The notes beneath the pieces were generated by a model, which did no database searches, was not told the DNA's origin, and was given only the letters and a program-made list of their open reading frames with translations. Both the position numbers and the translations under genes were made by a program. 64,000 nt of DNA from Pocillopora damicornis (taxonomy: Eukaryota), in assembly GCF_003704095.1 (NCBI RefSeq), contig NW_020846901.1, positions 310,001-374,000 on the forward strand, given 5' to 3'. Below, piece by piece: positions 60,033 through 64,000 of this stretch (its first letter is position 1; each line of letters begins with the position of its first letter).

Positions 60033-60396
60033 ATGAAATGAACAGTTAAACAGAGGCGTATCTGCTACTGATGATTAAACAGCTACGTGCTTTGCGGACG
60101 TACTAAATAACATGATACTTAAAAAACGCCTTTATCAATCGTTATTATTATGTAACCTAAGAGTATTAGGATGATTTTTCCGTTTCATGGAAAACCAAAT
60201 ATCAGTTACTAAGGGACACTAGTAATCCACTCTAAATCCACTGAAGCATGAGGGATGATATCCTTCAACTGCTATTGGTCGAGAGATGGCGGTGTTNNNN
60301 NNNNNNNNNNNNNNNNNNNNNNNNNNNNNNNNNNNNNNNNNNNNNNNNNNNNNNNNNNNNNNNNNNNNNNNNNNNNNNNNNNNNNNNNNNNNNNNN

Positions 60397-61585
60397 CTGC
60401 TATTGGTCGAAATTCAAAGGTTATAGCGTAAAGGTTCCCCCAGTGCTTTTACTGTACGTGCAGACTTTTCGGACTGAATCTGGGTGTGTATCGTTAACAG
60501 TAAGCCGACAGCTTTGTTCATCCAAACAATGGCCGCAAAAGCAGGTAAGAAGCCTAACATTTTCAAAGATGCATCGGTGTTGTTTGATTGAATTAACTGG
60601 CCTGGGACTCAACTATAACTTTTTTCAATAATCAATGCAATAGTTGCACAGGATCTTGCCAACTTTTTAGTGGAAAAGTGTCAAATGAATGCGGAACAGT
60701 AATATGATAAAAGCGATACATTGAATCATGTTCAGTTCGTTCGAAAATATTTGCTGTTTAGGCACAAAGCTGGTATGAAATAGAAAAATATCCTAGTTAA
60801 AACCGATATTGCATCGAAGCCTCTGCTTTCTCTATATTTTAATTAACTGACTTTCCATGGTTGAACTTGATCAAACATTTGCAACTAATCTTTTCTCCTC
60901 GCGTGAAAATATTTATTGTTTAGCCATAAAGCTAGTATAAAAGGGAAAAGAAAATCAGTCAAAACCGTTAGTTGTATGAGGTCTCTGCTTGATTTCGGTG
61001 GAAATACGCACTGTGTTGGATGTTTGTTCTCATCGATATCTAGTTTTGCCCACCCACGTTGAGTGCATTAAACAAGATGTCGAATGAATTTGCTCGATCG
61101 TTTAGCAAGGGGTTTACAATCCAGTCGCCTCTAAAATGCTGCTAAAATGAGATTAGGAACATTTAATTGTCGCCCCTTCGGATTGACACTCAGAGTAGCG
61201 TGCTGGTACGTAACAACAATCAGTTGGTAGAAAACTTGGTTCTTCAAAATAGTCAACAGGTAGACGTTAGATCTTGACACAACATTTTCCCCAGGCTACA
61301 AAGAAGTACACTCGACTCCTTGATTCTCAAAAAATGATAGCCGCAGCCATGTTTGCAGAGCAAGAACAGTTCTGGTATTTATATTTTCCCCGATAATGTC
61401 AAATGCAAAGTGATTAATAACCTCCGATTTCAATTTGCTCGTTAATCTTTAGTTTTAATGTTATTTTGATAAGCATTCTTCGCAATGGTTTCAAGACTGC
61501 CTTTCTCTTATATCACGTACATGATGCATAGCTCGTTATTCTAATGTTATTTTCATAAATAAGGGAAACGTCGCAGATGAAGGAG
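60397..61585 (+). repeat. Duplicated non-coding block, copy B
   Basis: Its 3' part matches copy A; 60397-61373 is the reverse complement of 61686-62725. Confidence 0.85.
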
Positions 61586-61685
61586 NNNNNNNNNNNNNNN
61601 NNNNNNNNNNNNNNNNNNNNNNNNNNNNNNNNNNNNNNNNNNNNNNNNNNNNNNNNNNNNNNNNNNNNNNNNNNNNNNNNNNNNN

Positions 61686-62725
61686 CAGAACTGTTCTTGC
61701 TCTGCAAACATGGCCGCGGCTATCATTTTCTGAGAATCAAGGAGTCGAGTGTACTTCTTTGTAGTCTGGGGAAAATGTTGTGTCAAGATCTAACGTCTAC
61801 CTGTTGACCATTTTGAAGAACCAAGTTCTCTACCAACTGATTGTTGTTACGTACCAGCACACTACTCTGAATGTCAATCCGAAGGGACGACAATTAAATG
61901 TTCCTAATCTCATTTTAGCAGCATTTTAGAGGCGACTGGATTGTAAACCCCTGGCTAAACGATCGAGCAAATTCATTCGACATCCTGTTTGATGCACTTA
62001 ACGTGAGTGGCCAAAACTAGATATCGATGAGATTCGACTAGATAGAGGCGACTGGATTGTAAACCCCTGGCTAAATGATCGAGCAAATTCATTCGACATC
62101 CTGTTTGATGCACTTAACGTGAGTGGGCAAAACTAGATATCGATGAGAACAAACTTGGAACACAGTGCATATTTCTGCCGAAATCAAGCAAGAGACCTTT
62201 TGCAACTAACGGTTTTGACCGGTTCTCTTTTCCCTTTTATACTAGCTTTATGGCTAAACAGCAAATATTTTCACGAGAAGAGAAAAGATTGGTTGCAAAT
62301 GTTTGATCAAGATCAACCTTGGAAAGTCAATTAATTACAATGTAGAGAAAGCAGGGGCTTCGATGCAATATCGGTTTTAACTAGGTTATTTTTCTATTTC
62401 CACTAAAAAGTTGGCAGGATCCTATGTAACTATTGCATTGATTATTGAAAAAAGTTATAGTTGAGTCCCAGGCCAGTTAATTCAATCAAACAACACTGAT
62501 GCATCTTTGAAAATGTTAGGCCAGTTAATTCAATCAAGCAACACTGATGCATCTTTGAAAATGTTAGGCTTCTCACCTGCTTTTGCGGCCATTGTTTGGA
62601 TGAACTATGCTTTCGGCTTACTGATAACGACACACACCCAGATTCAGTCCGAAAAAGTCTGCACGTACAGTAAAAGCACTGAGGGAACCTTAACGCTATA
62701 ACCTTTGAATCTCGACCAATAGCAG
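61686..62725 (-). repeat. Duplicated non-coding block, copy C (inverted)
   Basis: Reverse complement of copy B, with internal tandem duplications at about 61928-62030/62044-62146 and about 62471-62520/62519-62568. Confidence 0.85.
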
Positions 62726-62904
62726 GTGAAGGGTTCAACTTCCTAAACAGGTTTTTGTTTTTTAAAACGTCTGATTGGCAAAAAAGTCACGGAACTGAAC
62801 TGAATTAAACTGCTGCAAGTAGTTTGCATAATTTGTTTTTGTTCAGGAAACATGCGTGAGAAGACAGAAGTTGTTTTTCGGGGTAAATGGGCTAACTACA
62901 TGCA

Positions 62905-63106
62905 CGACTATAATGTGAATAGAATAAGAGAGGTGGTAAGTTTTGAGCTCGGTAAAGAAATACAGAAGGATGTTTTTCGTCTTGTCTCGAGCGTGGAACA
63001 AAGAAAACATTCTGAGTCCCCATGAAGAATCGAACGTCAGACTTTCGGATTCCGCGCTCCGATGCTCTTCCACTGAGCCATAGAGACTCAACGTTGAGCG
63101 AGGTCT
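62905..63106 (-). mobile_element. tRNA-derived SINE
   Basis: On the minus strand, A box TGGCTCAGTGG (63070-63080) and B box GTTCGATTC (63027-63035) in a tRNA-like head, followed by a non-tRNA tail. Confidence 0.8.
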
Positions 63107-63203
63107 GTGATCATTATCCAGTTTTTATGGTTCCTTGCTGGGAATGGATCTTACAAATAAAAAATAGGCACAAACGGGAAAGACCCCAAACACTTCTTAT
63201 TGG

Positions 63204-63750
63204 GAGCAGAAATTTATGACGTCAAACCCTTGATGTGCAGTTGAAGTGCACACAATTGAATGATGAAAAAACCTCTTATAAAGAATTCCTTTTTTTCCCC
63301 GCGTACATAAAATATACTTTATTAATCCGTCTGCCTTCAGGGCTTTAGATGCCAGTATAAACGTACATATAATCACGTCTACGTCGGTTTAGAACTGATT
63401 TTCCATTGAATCTTTTTGTAGAGTGACTGNNNNNNNNNNNNNNNNNNNNNNNNNNNNNNNNNNNNNNNNNNNNNNNNNNNNNNNNNNNNNNNNNNNNNNN
63501 NNNNNNNNNNNNNNNNNNNNNNNNNNNNNTGTGAGCAGAAATTTATGACGTCAAACACTTGATATGCAGGTGAAATGTAAACAATGAAACAATCTCTTAT
63601 AAAGGCTTTCTTTTTTTCCCCCGCGTACATGAAATGTACTTTATTAGTCCGTCTGTCTTCAGGGTGTTACACGCCAATATAAACGTACGTATAATCACGT
63701 CTCCGTTGATTTAGAACTGATTTTCCATGGAATCTTTTTGTAGAGTGACT
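63204..63750 (+). repeat. Direct duplication of about 225 bp flanking a gap, each copy with TGACGTCA
   Basis: 63204-63429 and 63533-63750 align from gagcagaaatttatgacgtcaaac to gaatctttttgtagagtgactg with scattered differences. Confidence 0.85.
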
Positions 63751-64000
63751 GTACTCAGTGAACGACTATTAATAGCCATTTAACGAAGTCGACATCGAGC
63801 GTGTGTGGTGTCTATTTCAAGTGAAGTGTCATTTAAAAAAACGCATATGTATCCATTTCGTTCCACACGAAGTAGGTCATATCACGACTCTTGCATCCTT
63901 GCACGCTATGTCCTAATTTTTACTGCAAAATATACAGCTTGCTCATTTATTATCTCCAAGTCCGAAGAAGATGAAGTAATCACGGTCTTGTTACGATAGG

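Noticed and set aside
63015-63090. Possible tRNA gene
   Set aside because: The A and B boxes are embedded in a SINE with a non-tRNA tail, and the cloverleaf stems are imperfect.

Overview
AT-rich animal genomic DNA with GT-AG introns and about a dozen N gaps. The repeat families and gene content suggest a cnidarian, probably a stony coral (inference). Left to right the window holds: an intronless 316-aa gene of unknown function (-); a complete 5-exon RPS17 (-); a complete 8-exon DCAF12 (-); and, head-to-head with it, a 69-exon fibrillin (+, 16187-50961) with near-vertebrate domain order. Next come two tandem intronless class A GPCR copies split by a gap, two disrupted halves of an intronless gulonolactone-oxidase-like FAD oxidase on opposite strands, and a gap-rich block of direct and inverted ~1 kb duplications. 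Introns carry MITEs, tRNA-derived SINEs and a dispersed repeat with a minimal hammerhead ribozyme core. The most notable observations are that hammerhead repeat, the fibrillin C-terminus (a 100-aa Q/G/Y-rich linker and a 141-aa asprosin-position furin product), a mucin-like fibrillin exon, a 10-Cys TB2 domain, and the intronless lactone oxidase remnants. I found no clearly new multi-gene system. Exon boundaries were read by eye.
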